Shown here: positions 1-11,365 of the stretch, one piece after another | Layout of the letters: every line of letters starts with the position of its first letter | How positions within the stretch are numbered: position 1 is the stretch's first letter | Program-made: the position numbers and the translations under genes | The notes under the pieces: generated by a model | Told to the model about the DNA's origin: nothing | The model's database searches: none | Seen by the model: the letters and a program-made list of their open reading frames with translations, nothing else | Assembly (NCBI RefSeq): GCF_002105155.1 | Contig: NW_019029010.1 | Coordinates: forward strand, 186,001 to 250,000 | Length of the DNA stretch: 64,000 nucleotides | Direction of reading: 5' to 3' | Origin: Lobosporangium transversale | Lineage: Eukaryota

Positions 1-638
1 GACGTGTGCTGGTCTTGGTCTTGGATCGAAGCGTTTGATCTGTGCCAGTGATATTGCTTAGAACATGCTGCACGAATTCGGCCTCTGATAGACGGTCTGC
101 GAAGCAAGATGCCGGGAGAGAAAAATATTGGTTAGCAGCCATCATTCTAGAGATAAATCAGCAATCAATCAGCATGACGCGTTTCATTACTTGTGACTAG
201 GAACGGAATGGAGGGAAAATAAGTTAGTGGAGAAAATAAGCTCAAAATGGAAGCAGCAATCAAAAAGACGCAATTGCAGACTATGATGTCATACACAAAA
301 GTTTGAGAACAAATAGCTAATCCCTTACCTTCCAATGGCCGCTGAATAATGACGTTGATAGTCTCCTCAGGCAGAGGCGATATGCCGAATATCTTTGAGA
401 TCTTGCTTGTTGCTCTGGTGAGTAGCTCCTTTGATTCAATATTGGCGAGATTGATTGTAGCGCCCTCATCAGGAACAGAGACGTGGAAGAGAATCAATTT
501 GTCAGCTGCAATGTCGTTGAATTCAGGTTCTTTTTCCTTCTTGATTGCTTTTTTGAGGTCGCCGATAGTGTCTTCTACTGAGACCTCAACAGGGAATGCC
601 GTGGATTGTCCATCAAGAAGGCAAAATAGTTTTGTCAT
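1..638 (-). CDS. Crinkler (CRN)-type protein, N-terminal ubiquitin-like domain; multi-exon, runs off the window
   Basis: MTKLFCLLDG..AFPVEV..DTIGDLKKAIK..DIAADKLILF..INVIIQRP (HVLVxxP-like end). GTAAG donor near 328; branch point GCTAAC and acceptor near 97. Confidence 0.85.
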
Positions 639-865
639 GATCGAATGATGATGAAATGCGAGAGGGAATCGGGAGAGGTAAATAGCAAATGAAAGTAGAG
701 AAATGAAGGAAGGTAGAGAAAGGAATGAAAGTAGAGAATGAAAATGAATGAAGGTTGAGAAATTAATGAAAGTACAAGGAATGAAAGTGCGACGTTTAAA
801 TTTGTTTTTATGTCAAACTGTGACTGCGATCTTTATTAAGTTGTGCACGAATTGACTGTAAGGAT

Positions 866-1249
866 TCAATAGCTTTTTTTAGCTTCCTCAATGGCCTTGT
901 CGATATCTGCACGCATCTTGTCCAAATCAATTTCGGATTGAGTGTCATTGCACTGCTTGACGATTTCAGTACAGGCCGGTTGTTCGGTTTTTGTCCGTAT
1001 GAACCCGGTAGCATGAGCTTTAAGACTATCGGAAACAGTAAAAGTTTTCCCACAATAACAAACATATCTATTGTCATGGCTTTCTTGGCGGTCGAAGCGG
1101 AATGTTTTTTTCATGAACCCGAAAACACAAGACGTTTCTTTGTGGTATTTTCTGACATGTTCCTTCTCGTTATGCGACAAAGTTCGATCTGGGCTCAGAT
1201 AGCCCTTACTGCAATAGTCGAAAGAACATTTAGGCATTTTGGATTCCAT
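866..1249 (-). CDS. Small double C2H2-like zinc-finger protein
   Basis: CSFDYC..H..YH and CYCGKTF..LKAH motifs; same layout as the genes near 41750 and 50600. Confidence 0.55.
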   Translation of the reverse strand: MESKMPKCSFDYCSKGYLSPDRTLSHNEKEHVRKYHKETSCVFGFMKKTFRFDRQESHDNRYVCYCGKTFTVSDSLKAHATGFIRTKTEQPACTEIVKQCNDTQSEIDLDKMRADIDKAIEEAKKSY

Positions 1250-1544
1250 TTTGTCGAGGGAGAGAAGGAAGGAAAGGCAAAAAGAAAGAATGAAAAGAAG
1301 AGTCGGCAGCGAAAAAAATCTCAGGGCTCTTTCACTAAAATATCAAAATGACGCACATGCAACTGGTAAAGATAACAATCATCGGCAAATAAAGGTAAAC
1401 AAATGGAGAAGAGGAAAGGAGAATGGAGTAGATTGTGCATGTGCTCAGAATAAAATACAGATCATCAATGATATACTTTTTTTTTTTAATAAAAAGTCAT
1501 CAAATTACACTTTCAGCTCTCATTCTTTCAATCCTCATTCTTCC

Positions 1545-2060
1545 ATGGATTCCTTGAAGTACGTTAAAACCAATTCTTCCCAAAAAAATGCACATCCCAA
1601 GAATAAGGTGTTCACTCTTTTTTGCGTACTTGATGGTGAACCACTTTCTGCCGTTATTGACGTTTGGGCGCCCTCCCGCACCAGCGTTTCCCAACTCAAA
1701 AGCCTAATAAGGACAACTGCGAAAATAAAGTCAAGGTCTATCGCATGGGCTGATGACCTTGACACCATCGACGACAGCAAGATGGATCTTTGGAAAGTTA
1801 ACATGTCTTGCGGTGAAGATGATTTGCCTGTTCGGCTCACCGACATTGTATCAAAGTCTAAATTGAATCCTTGCGACAAGCTCTCCAACATCTTCGAAAA
1901 GAGACCTGCATCTGGCTTCATACATAATCATTCAAATTAAAAGGAGTAAGTTCACCCATCCCCATTCTAACCGCTTCAGACCATGGTCAATTGAATTAAT
2001 TTTTTTTATATTTTTATTTTCTCTGTTTTAGGCCCAAATGTAAATGACTTCAGTAAAAAA
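1545..2060 (+). pseudogene. CRN N-terminal domain pseudogene
   Basis: TLFCVLDG..VSQLKSLI..MDLWKV. Frameshift in the IH(I)IIQ motif near 1925; the next exon is cut by a DIRS terminus at 2061. Confidence 0.7.
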
Positions 2061-2086
2061 AATGATCAGCGAATGGTCTACAGAGG
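2061..2086 (-). mobile_element. Right-terminus remnant of a family D DIRS element
   Basis: GATCAGCGAATGGTCTACAGAGG is identical to the family D end starting at 54549 and carries the ATT core. Confidence 0.7.
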
Positions 2087-2090
2087 TCGT

Positions 2091-2295
2091 TGTAAATAGT
2101 AACAATCAAAGGTGATCTTAGGTGGAATCGAAGGTCAAAGGATACTTTATTTGGCTATAACGTAGTGGACTATTTATACTGATAGTTGATAGGGTTGGGG
2201 CTTGGTGTCTTGGCACTTGGGCTTGGCGTCTTGGCGCCTGGGGTGCGCGTGATAGTTGAGCCCTCCTCAAAGGTTTGAGTCAGTATTGTATAACA
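2091..2295 (-). repeat. Putative 3' LTR of the chromovirus
   Basis: TGT...ACA ends; on the minus strand TATAAATA followed by AATAAA; purine tract GGGAAGGA just upstream. No second LTR in the window to confirm. Confidence 0.65.
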
Positions 2296-2587
2296 TGTTT
2301 GCATCCTTCCCGTCAAAAATGAAGGAGATCATAAATCGAAGAAGAAAAGAGAAAAAAAATTGATGGAAATAAAGAAAACGAAGAGAAGAGAGGAGAAATA
2401 AATAAAATAATAAATAAAAAAAAAAATTGATGTGGTGATGTCTGATTGGTTAAAATTACTGGTCATGCGGTTCATGCAGATCATGTGGATGAGGATGGGT
2501 GAATGAGTGGCGATGGAGTTGGTGAGTTCGTGTTGCATTCTTTCCTCATTCCTCTTTGCTTATTTCAAAAAAAGGAAAAAAGTCTCC

Positions 2588-3235
2588 ATGATGTCTTCAC
2601 GCAAGGCTTCTCATCCAATGCCACCGCGTAAAGGTCGTGCTCCTTCTGGTGGCGTGTTTTCTGAAGTTGTATTGACACAGCGGTCGGCGGTACCAAGCTC
2701 CCAGGGTTCTTCAGATGACCCTGACGCCACACAGCCTTATTCTGTGCCCCAGGAGGAAGAGCTAGATACGAGGTTGGAATTGTCTCCACGTCTTTCACCT
2801 GTAATCTTGGGGCGGATGCTACCGAAGGAGGAGTATCCTGAGGTGGGCGATTCGCCAACTGTGAGGGAAGCCAGAGATCATGTGGAGTCGAGTACTTCAG
2901 CGACGTCGGGAGTGGAGGGGGCTGGGGTCCGTTTGGCTTCTGTAAGTTCGACGAGTGACAATGCACAGTGGGAAGCTGTTGATGGAGAGGATGGTCCTGA
3001 GGAGCCGGAGAGGCGACGGAAGAGGAGTCGTCATGAGGGACCGAGGCTGTCGATGATAAGAGAGTGTTCTTCGCTGATAGCGTTTGAGTTTCGTGCATTG
3101 CAGACCCAGGATGTGAGTGTAGAAGAGCGAGCACGGGAACGTCGTCGATTGATGGAGGAAATGGCGGTTGTTACCATGCTGGAGTGGGCAGAGAAGGAAG
3201 GTAAAAGGAAGAGAGGAAGAGAGGAAAGGAGATAG
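2588..3235 (+). CDS. Antisense ORF between pol and the 3' LTR; unknown, disordered, with NLS-like basic clusters
   Basis: About 215 codons open, bounded by AT-rich DNA; RRRKRSR and KRKRGR clusters; charged helical C-terminus. Confidence 0.55.
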   Translation: MMSSRKASHPMPPRKGRAPSGGVFSEVVLTQRSAVPSSQGSSDDPDATQPYSVPQEEELDTRLELSPRLSPVILGRMLPKEEYPEVGDSPTVREARDHVESSTSATSGVEGAGVRLASVSSTSDNAQWEAVDGEDGPEEPERRRKRSRHEGPRLSMIRECSSLIAFEFRALQTQDVSVEERARERRRLMEEMAVVTMLEWAEKEGKRKRGREERR

Positions 3236-3305
3236 TAAAAGAAGAAAGGAAGAGAGAAGAGAAGAAAAATAAAGAAAAAAGAAACAGAGAAAAATAATTT
3301 TGGTG

Positions 3306-6300
3306 TTACTGTTGCATTTTTTGAAATTCCTCCAGTGCTTCTTTTGCATTAACTAGTGAGGATCTCCGTTCCCATGTTGCTTCTTCGTCAGGATATCCCT
3401 TCCATTTCACGAGCCACTTGGGGGTTCTGCCAAATAGTTTGTAATCCAGAATCTTTTCCACTTCATATTCTTCTTCGCCATCGACTAAATCTGGTGGGGG
3501 TCTGGCAGGTGCTCGTTCGCCGAAATTCTCCGGGGATTCGTGATAATGTCGTAATAAATCTGTATTGAAGACAGGGTGTTGTTTCATGTTCGGAGGTAGC
3601 TCGAGCTTGTACGCGTTGTCGTTGATCTTCTCTATGATTTTGAATGGTCCAATGAATTTTGGTTCTAACTTTTTGGAGGGTCGGTTTGCGTGAGCTGCGA
3701 CAGTGATATGCTCCGTACTCAGTAAGACACTATCGCCTACAGTGAACCTGGCGGGTGATCGTGCTTTATCTGCTTGGCGTTTTTGGATGTCCTGAGCTGT
3801 CGCTATTGCGTCTTGTGCTTGCGCCAACGCAGAGGCTTGAGTGGAAATGAAGGTAGAGATAGCCGGTACATCTGTTGTTGGTGGTTTCAAGAGGGATGAT
3901 GGGACAATGGGATGATGACCGTGGTTTAGGAAAAAGGGGGAAAACTCTGTGGAGGGGTTGACGGAGTTGTTGTATGCAAATTCCATCATTGGTAAGAGCA
4001 AGTCCCAGTCATTCTGTTTGTACGAGACATAAGATCGTAGCATTTCCTCCAGGGTCCTGTTGGCTCGCTCCGTCTGTCCGTCTGTCTGAGGATGGAATGC
4101 TGTAGACATATGGAGTTTAGTTCCCATGAGCTTCATCAATGTGGTCCAGAAGTGTCCCGTGAATCTTGAGTCTCTGTCCGATACAATAGCTCGTGGCATG
4201 CCATGGAGTCGGAAGACATTATTGAAGAAGAGTCGCGCGATATCTGAAGCAGTGTCCGTTGTATGGCTAGGGCAGAAGTGGACTTGTTTGGATAACTTGT
4301 CTACGAATACAGTTATGGCATTGAACCCTCGGTTCGTCTTGGGTAAAGGGCCAATGAAGTCCATGGTGACAGTTTCCCATCGTTCAAGAGGTATATCGAG
4401 AGGTTTGAATAATCCGGCAGGATGATGAAGCAGTGGTTTATTTCGCTGGCACTGTTCGCATGATGCAATGTAAGTCTTGGTGTCTCGGGCCATTCGTGGC
4501 CAAAAGAAAGTCCTTCGCATGGTTTCATATGTTTTCTCGAAGCCGAGGTGGCCAGCAATGGGAGAATCATGTGCATCATGAAGTAGGAGAGCGCGAATGT
4601 TAGGATCATTCGGGATACATAAACGTGTCTGTCCAGCGATGTTAATCCACAATAGGTCATCAGCAACAAAATAACGATCAGAGGGACTTGCCTCGCGGCA
4701 GCTTTCGTAAAGTGATCCTAACTTAAGGTCATATGGGTAACACTTTATCAGGCGCTGCCGTAAGCCTGGGTCCAAACTTATTTCTATGGAGTTAATCTGC
4801 TCACTGGCGGGATCCTGCGCCTTGTGGTCAGGCCTCCTTGAGAGAGCGTCGGGGACGATGTTGTCTTTGCCTGGTTTGTACTTGAAGTTGAAGTCGTATT
4901 CTTGTAGGAGTTCCATCCATCTGGCCTGTCTCCGAGTCAGGTTTGGCTGGGTTGGAAAATGCTGCAATGTGGCATGGTCAGTATAGACAATAAAATGAGA
5001 TCCATCCAAATAGTATCGCCATGTTCTTAAGGCGTGGACGACAGCTAGTAATTCTTGCTCATGGGTTGGGTAGTTTCGTTCTGCAGAGCTCAACTTTCGT
5101 GATGTAAAGGCAACAGGGCGCGATTCGCCCTTGTGATCTGTTTGGAACAAGACTGCACCAATGGCGAAACCTGATGCATCAGTTTCGACGGAAGTTGCTA
5201 GGGCAGGGTCAAAAATTCTGAGTACGGGTGCCATGGTGACTGCCTGCTTCAGTCTTTCAAAGGCCTCTTGGTGAGGCTTGCTCCAGTAGAATGTTGTAGT
5301 TGAGCCTAACAGATCAGTAAGGGGAAGCGCGATATCAGCATAGTGGTCGATGTATTGATGATAGAAGTTTGTTAATCCAAGGAACTGCATGACGTGGCGC
5401 TGTGTTGTGGGTGTTGGCCATTCTCTAACTGCCTTAACCAGTGCTCCGTTTGTTTTGAGTCCATCTTTGGATATAACATGGCCTAGGAACTCTGTCTCCT
5501 CTTGCATAAATGAACACTTGGAAAGCTTGCAAAAGAGGCCTGCCTTGCGTAGGAGCCTAAGAACGTTTCTGATGTCTTGTAGATGTTGCTCTTTGTTATC
5601 AGAATAAATCAGTATATCATCTAGGTAAACTACGGTGCATTTATCCAGCACAGGATCCAACACGTTGCGCATTATGGCTGAAAAGGCGGCAGGTGCGTTG
5701 GTGAGTCCGAAAGGGACGACGTTAAACTCATAGTGACCGTAGCGTGTTCGAAATGCCGTTTTATGTCGGTCGTCTGGATGAACGCGCATTTGATGATATC
5801 CGGATAGTAAGTCGAGCTTTGTAAAAAATCGTGCTGTCCTGAAACGATCTATTAGCTCGTCGATTCTTGGTAGTGGATGGCGATTCTTACGGGTTATTTT
5901 GTTTAATCCTCTGTAGTCTACACACATCCTCAGTCCGCCATCCTTCTTTTTAACGAATAAAACTGGTGCTCCGTAGGGTGATGTACTTGGAGAGATGAAG
6001 CCTTTGCGCAGTAGTTCTGTGAGTTGTGTTTTTAGTTCGTCTAATTCAGCAATTGATAAGCGAATGACTGGTCTTACAGGTGGATCGGTATTATTTTCAG
6101 TCTCGATTCGCATGCTATCGCCACGATCCTGAGGGAGTCCGTCCGGTAGTGTGTCAGGAAAGAGGTCTGGAAATTCTACTTGGACAATTTGTTGAATCGA
6201 TTCGGGTAGTGTTGAGTCTAGGTTTGTTGGTGGTGAAGTGGTTCTTACTTGGGCCAAGAATGTTGTCGTTTCGGGTTCTAATGCTAATGCAGCAAAGTTT

Positions 6301-7062
6301 ATGGCAGAAAGGCAATTTTGACGAGCGGAGGAGGAGGTATGCCCTCGACATTCCCATAGTATGTGTTTACCATCGTGTTCAAAGTGTAAATCGTTAGTGC
6401 GCCAGTTGATTTGGGGATTGACTGCGGTTAGCCAAGGTTTCCCTAGGATGAGATCATATTTTTTCGAGGGGTAGATGATACTTTGAATCTTTTCACCATA
6501 GGAACCACGTTCAAGGGTAACAGATGCGGTTCCTGAGGACATGACTGCTGTGCCATTCGGATGAATGATAGGGATAGGGTTCGCGTTGTCTATGATAATG
6601 TTATGTTTTCTGCAAAATTTTGAACTCAATACATTTCCTTCTGCTCCACCATCAATGAGGATTCGCGCAGGGTGTCCGTTGACGGCCCCAATGAAGGTTA
6701 GTAGTCGTCTCGCATTGGTGTAGACAGCGGACAGGGATTGGAGGTGTGTGGCATGACGACGACGACGACGACGACGGGGTGGTTTACTAGCAAGGTGTTC
6801 GTGGGAAGTAGAGGGGGTAGGTGAATTTTCATTTGTGTCTTGGTTTGAAGATGATTTGATTTCAGTGACAGATGACGCGGGATGGGAATCGGGGGAGAGG
6901 TGATTTAGGGAATCCGGAGGAATGGAAGTGGTGTGGTGCAAGGTGCTTTTAGAGGGTAGTGATAAGAGAGAGGATAGAGAAAATATGGGAGAGGAGCGAG
7001 AAGGCATAATCATGGATTTAGGAGAACTAGAGTTTTTATTACTGTTGTTACTACTTAAATCC
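3306..7062 (-). CDS. pol: Gypsy Pol polyprotein (protease, RT, RNase H, integrase, chromodomain)
   Basis: LIDGGA protease, YLDD, TDAS RNase H, HHCC plus DDE integrase, GPF, EYEVEKIL..WLVKWKGY chromodomain. The ORF-track ATG is contributed by the DIRS junction. Confidence 0.95.
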
Positions 7063-7236
7063 ATTGTCTACGGTACCATGTCCGTATGTGTGCACCTTTC
7101 TTCATTGAAAATCCGACGAGAAATAAAGAAAAATAAACTAAATAAAAAGATCCCTCTGCCCTGCAACTCTGATCTACATCTTTCTTCTCGTCGCTCCTGG
7201 AACTCATCCGTTGCAGACTATTATCTATTCGTTCCA

Positions 7237-8166
7237 ATGAGCGACAATTCTACCGACAACACTCATAATGCACTCCTTCATGAAATCAACACTCTTCGTC
7301 AGCAGGTGGCTGCCCTTACGCAGGCCAACCCTTCCTCCTCTTCCCCTTCCCCCATCACCATTGATCGCCCACAGGCCAAGATACTTGTCCTCTCTGATAC
7401 CCTCAAAGCGGCTGTACCTTCCCTTGACGGCTCTCATTTCTTCCGTCCCCCGGACAACTCTGGCGACGATAACATCCTCACCGAGTACGTCCTCTATCCC
7501 AAGAACCCAGATCAGCAGTACAAAGCGCCCTCTCTTGAGTTGCCTTGGCCTCAGGAGACCACTTCTTTTCAACGAGTGGACAAGTGGTTATCCCAACTAC
7601 AGGAACGTCAGGCCCACGCTACGCGACCCTTGGACGAATTCCTGGCAGAATACTTTCACAAAGTGCACGATCCTGCATTACGGCAGATCGTCGCAGATTT
7701 TGGGCATGTCATGCGATCTCATCTGGCCGTTACAGCACGCCAAATCACCGATCTGCGCATGGATAATTTTGTGTACGCAAAGGGTCTCAAGCCAGCCCCT
7801 GATCATGAAAAGACTGCAACTATCACTAAAGATGATATTGCAGCCCGAATTAAAGCTGCTGAGGAGTACCAGGAGGCCAGCAAGCCTCGCAAGACAGCTT
7901 TGCAAAACAGAGGATCCGGTCGCAATTCCGGTTCTCGCAGCAGGGGTATTTACTTTAACATGTACCCCCACCAGCAGCAACAGTTCCAGCAATTTCCATC
8001 ACAATCGCAACCTTATTCACCAGCGAATCATCATCAAGCACAACAAGCCACACCTCCTCAGCTCACTTACGGGTATGGAGAGCCCATGCATAACAACCAG
8101 CAGGGACAGTATTTTTACAGAGGCAGCCGTGGACGGGGACGCGGCAGCGCCAACAAGAGCCAGTAG
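7237..8166 (+). CDS. DIRS ORF1 (Gag-like)
   Basis: First ORF after the left ITR; coiled-coil N-terminus, Q-rich and RG-rich C-terminus; homologous to ORF1 of families C and D. Confidence 0.8.
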   Translation: MSDNSTDNTHNALLHEINTLRQQVAALTQANPSSSSPSPITIDRPQAKILVLSDTLKAAVPSLDGSHFFRPPDNSGDDNILTEYVLYPKNPDQQYKAPSLELPWPQETTSFQRVDKWLSQLQERQAHATRPLDEFLAEYFHKVHDPALRQIVADFGHVMRSHLAVTARQITDLRMDNFVYAKGLKPAPDHEKTATITKDDIAARIKAAEEYQEASKPRKTALQNRGSGRNSGSRSRGIYFNMYPHQQQQFQQFPSQSQPYSPANHHQAQQATPPQLTYGYGEPMHNNQQGQYFYRGSRGRGRGSANKSQ

Positions 8167-8231
8167 GGGGCCGTCTGCACCTCTACTCGAGGGCTTGGAG
8201 GCTCCTCACGGACGACAGGTGGGTCCGCTCC

Positions 8232-10037
8232 GTGATTGGAAACGGTTTTCAGATTCCCTTCCACAGACAACCTCCAATAACACACACATCAAGAGCCCTT
8301 TCCCCGCATCTATCCAAGGAGGAGACACTGGCGATAGAGAACGAAGTGATCGCACTTCTGGCCAAAAAAGCCATAGAGCACGCTTCGGGACCTGGTTTCC
8401 AGAGTCGTTTGTTTACTATCCCCAAGAAGACAGGGGACCTCCGGCCTGTCCTCAACCTACGTCCTCTCAATCAATTTATCATCACAGACTCGTTCAAGAT
8501 GGAGACGATTCAGGTAGTATGCAATACCCTTCAGAAGAACGATTATTTGACGAGCATCGATCTCAAAGATGCTTTCCTTCATGTGCTGGTTCATCCACAT
8601 TTTCGTCCTTACCTTCAGTTTCAGTGGAAGGGTCAGCTGTATCAGTTTCGCACTCTACCTTTCGGGATGTCACTGTCGCCGTTAGTCTTCACGAAGGTCC
8701 TACGCCCGGTGTTGAGATGGGCGAGGCGTCGAGGAATACGGCTGACAGCTTACATCGACGATCTGTTGATCATGGCCAGCTCCAAAGCCCAAGCAGAAGA
8801 GCACACGAATCTTGTCCTGGACAAACTCAAGTCTCTTGGATTCCTCATCAACAAGGAGAAATCCTCTCTGATGCCAACGAAATGTCTAGATCATCTGGGT
8901 TTCACCATCAACACCACCGACATGACCCTCTCGGTACCGAAGTCCAAGGTCAGGGACATACGGCGAGAAGCAGCGAAGATGCTCAGCAAGGGATGGACGA
9001 CGGTTCGCAACTTGGCTACGTTCATAGGGAAAGCCATGGCGACGACAGCAGCAGTATTTCCAGCTCGTCTAATGACGCGGCATCTTCTGGCATTGAAGAA
9101 CAGAGCGCTCAGCCATCAGGGGTCATCTTGGGAAGCGACGATCTCACTGGACGACAGAGCTCGAGCCGATCTGGATTGGTGGACACACCAACTCAAGGAG
9201 TGGAACGGGACGTCATGGATTCAGTCGCCAACTCAGATGGACGTGTACACAGACGCCTCCGACCAAGGCTGGGGGATCGTCATAGGGCAGCGCACTTGGA
9301 CAGGGCTATGGCCACCAAACATACGCCACCAACACATCAATTTAAAAGAGTTACTAACCGTGTACTACGCAGTCACTCTACCGCAAACACAAGGGAGGAT
9401 GCTCAACCTAGTAATCGACAACACAACCACCATCGCTTACATCAACCGGTTCGGCGGAACTCGTTCACAACCTCTGATGGACCTGGCGGACAAAATATGG
9501 AAGCATTGTCTAGCAACAGGCACAAGACTCAGGACCACATATGTACCTTCAGTATTCAATCCAGCAGATGCACCATCACGCCGGATGCAAGCGCAGCTCG
9601 AATGGAGGCTGGACCCGTCATTTTTCCGTCGTCTAGACCAGCAGTGGGGGCCTCATCGGATAGACCTCTTTGCATCGCCCAGCAACAACCAGCTTCCTCA
9701 GTTCATGACATGGAAACCTCATCCTTTGGCAGTGGACTTCGATGCGCTGAGACACAAGTGGAGCCACTTGGGCAACCTTTACATCTGTCCTCCATGGAAC
9801 TTACTTCCAAGGATCCTGCAGAAGCTAGACCAGGAAGGCCTGGAAGCGACCATAATTACTCCATTTTGGCCATCGGCGATTTGGTTCCCGAAGATACAGG
9901 CAATGGCGACCCAACCCCCTTTACCGATTCCACGAACATGTGTTCTCCCTCCACCAGGAAGCGACGCGCACATCCTGCTCAAGAATCCACACTGGGGCCT
10001 TACCGCGTGGAGAGTAAGAGGACGAGGATGCTCATAG
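8232..10037 (+). CDS. DIRS reverse transcriptase / RNase H / N6-adenine methyltransferase-like
   Basis: SIDLKDAF, LPFG, YIDD, TDAS, HINLKE, NPADAPSR, DLFAS and YICPPW. The frame is open from VGGRL near 8163. Confidence 0.93.
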   Translation: MIGNGFQIPFHRQPPITHTSRALSPHLSKEETLAIENEVIALLAKKAIEHASGPGFQSRLFTIPKKTGDLRPVLNLRPLNQFIITDSFKMETIQVVCNTLQKNDYLTSIDLKDAFLHVLVHPHFRPYLQFQWKGQLYQFRTLPFGMSLSPLVFTKVLRPVLRWARRRGIRLTAYIDDLLIMASSKAQAEEHTNLVLDKLKSLGFLINKEKSSLMPTKCLDHLGFTINTTDMTLSVPKSKVRDIRREAAKMLSKGWTTVRNLATFIGKAMATTAAVFPARLMTRHLLALKNRALSHQGSSWEATISLDDRARADLDWWTHQLKEWNGTSWIQSPTQMDVYTDASDQGWGIVIGQRTWTGLWPPNIRHQHINLKELLTVYYAVTLPQTQGRMLNLVIDNTTTIAYINRFGGTRSQPLMDLADKIWKHCLATGTRLRTTYVPSVFNPADAPSRRMQAQLEWRLDPSFFRRLDQQWGPHRIDLFASPSNNQLPQFMTWKPHPLAVDFDALRHKWSHLGNLYICPPWNLLPRILQKLDQEGLEATIITPFWPSAIWFPKIQAMATQPPLPIPRTCVLPPPGSDAHILLKNPHWGLTAWRVRGRGCS

Positions 10038-10992
10038 ATGGCCTCTCGCCAGCGGTGACTGAGTTTATCTGTGCTCACAAAGGATCCAAGAGCACCAAGC
10101 GAGAGTACGAAAAGCATCAAGCTGAATTCGTCACTTGGCTGAAAGAGGGCTCGTTCGAACAAGGGATTAACCCCGCGATCCCAGTAGTGAACTGGCTACA
10201 CTACGTGCGGGTCGCTCGCAATTTGAAGTGGTCCACGCTGATGACCATGAAGTCGGCTGTCCTCGCCCTATTTCGTGACCCAGAGAGAGTACGATCAGAT
10301 GAATACTACCGCCAGTTCCTCAAGGCTGGAAAGCAAGAAGGTGTCGTTGAGTCCAGGTCTGGTCACTTTGACATCACACCTGTTTTGGACCATTTTCGGC
10401 AGTCATCAGCAAATATGGAGTTGCCTTTTGAGGAGCTTACATGGAAGCTGTGTTGGCTCTTAGGCGTCTGTGGCTTCATGAGACCAGACGACATCAGATG
10501 TGTAGATGTCAGTCTCTCCAAGATTGTGTTAGGGAAGCTTCAGCTTGTTGTTGTTTTCCCAAAGAGAAGAGTGATGGACAACGTACCATTAAGCATGTGA
10601 CCATTGGTTCTCACTTTGACAAGAAGCTATGCCCTGTCGACGCATACACCGCTTACCTGGACAGGCTGTCTTGTCCTTCCACTACCTCTCCTCATCCGAA
10701 GGACCCAACAAGAAGCATTGTACCTTTGATTAGATTTGTGAAAGACCACACCCAGCCGGCGCGTGCGACTACTATTGGCTCCCACATGAGTAGGATTTCT
10801 TCGCTGATGGATTTAGGAGACAAGAAAGCTCCTAAGCTCCGAGCCTTAGGTTCTACGCTCGCGGCTATAGCAGGCGTACCAGTGGCTGATATCATGGTGC
10901 AGGGGAATTGGTCGTCCCCGAAAGTCTTCGAGAAGCACTACCGTTTGTCGAGTGCCACCTCCAACAACATGTCCATGAGCACTCTAGGCTAG
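10028..10992 (+). pseudogene. DIRS tyrosine recombinase with a frameshift near 10560
   Basis: FMRPDDI lies in one frame; LCPV, KLRALGST, QGNWSS and HYRL lie in the -1 frame. Confidence 0.88.
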
Positions 10993-11082
10993 ATTTTCTT
11001 TAGTTAGTTGTTCATTTCGTTCAGTTTTCTTTTAGTTTTAGTTTTGTTTTAGTTTAGTTCTCTTTGGCGATCCCTCTGGAGC

Positions 11083-11174
11083 CACATACGGACATGGTAC
11101 CGTAGACAATGGTCTACTGAATGGTCTACGAAGGACGACCTATTCACATTGTCATAGGTACCATGGACGTATGT
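11083..11174. repeat. Internal complementary region (ICR) of DIRS A1
   Basis: Left half is the reverse complement of the left terminus and right half of the right terminus, joined at ATT. Confidence 0.9.
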
Positions 11175-11365
11175 CCCACCCACACCACCCCTTTTTGGCT
11201 CGAGAAGTAGATGTAGATCAGAGTTGCAGGGCAGAGGGATCTTTTTATTTAGTTTATTTTTCTTTATTTCTCGTCGGATTTTCAATGAAGAAAGGTGACA
11301 CACATACGTCCATGGTACCTATGACAATGTGAATAGGTCGTCCTTCGTAGACCATTCAGTAGACC

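Larger units (their letters stand above)
2091..7062 (-). mobile_element. Ty3/Gypsy chromovirus LTR retrotransposon, 5'-truncated (gag and 5' LTR absent)
   Basis: Pol with PR-RT-RH-IN-chromodomain order; 3' LTR at 2091-2295; cut by DIRS A1 at 7063. Confidence 0.92.

Noticed and set aside
6922..7236. N-terminal extensions of Gag and the Gypsy pol start codon in the ORF track
   Set aside because: They are read-through across the DIRS-Gypsy junction and ITR; the Gag start is probably 7237.
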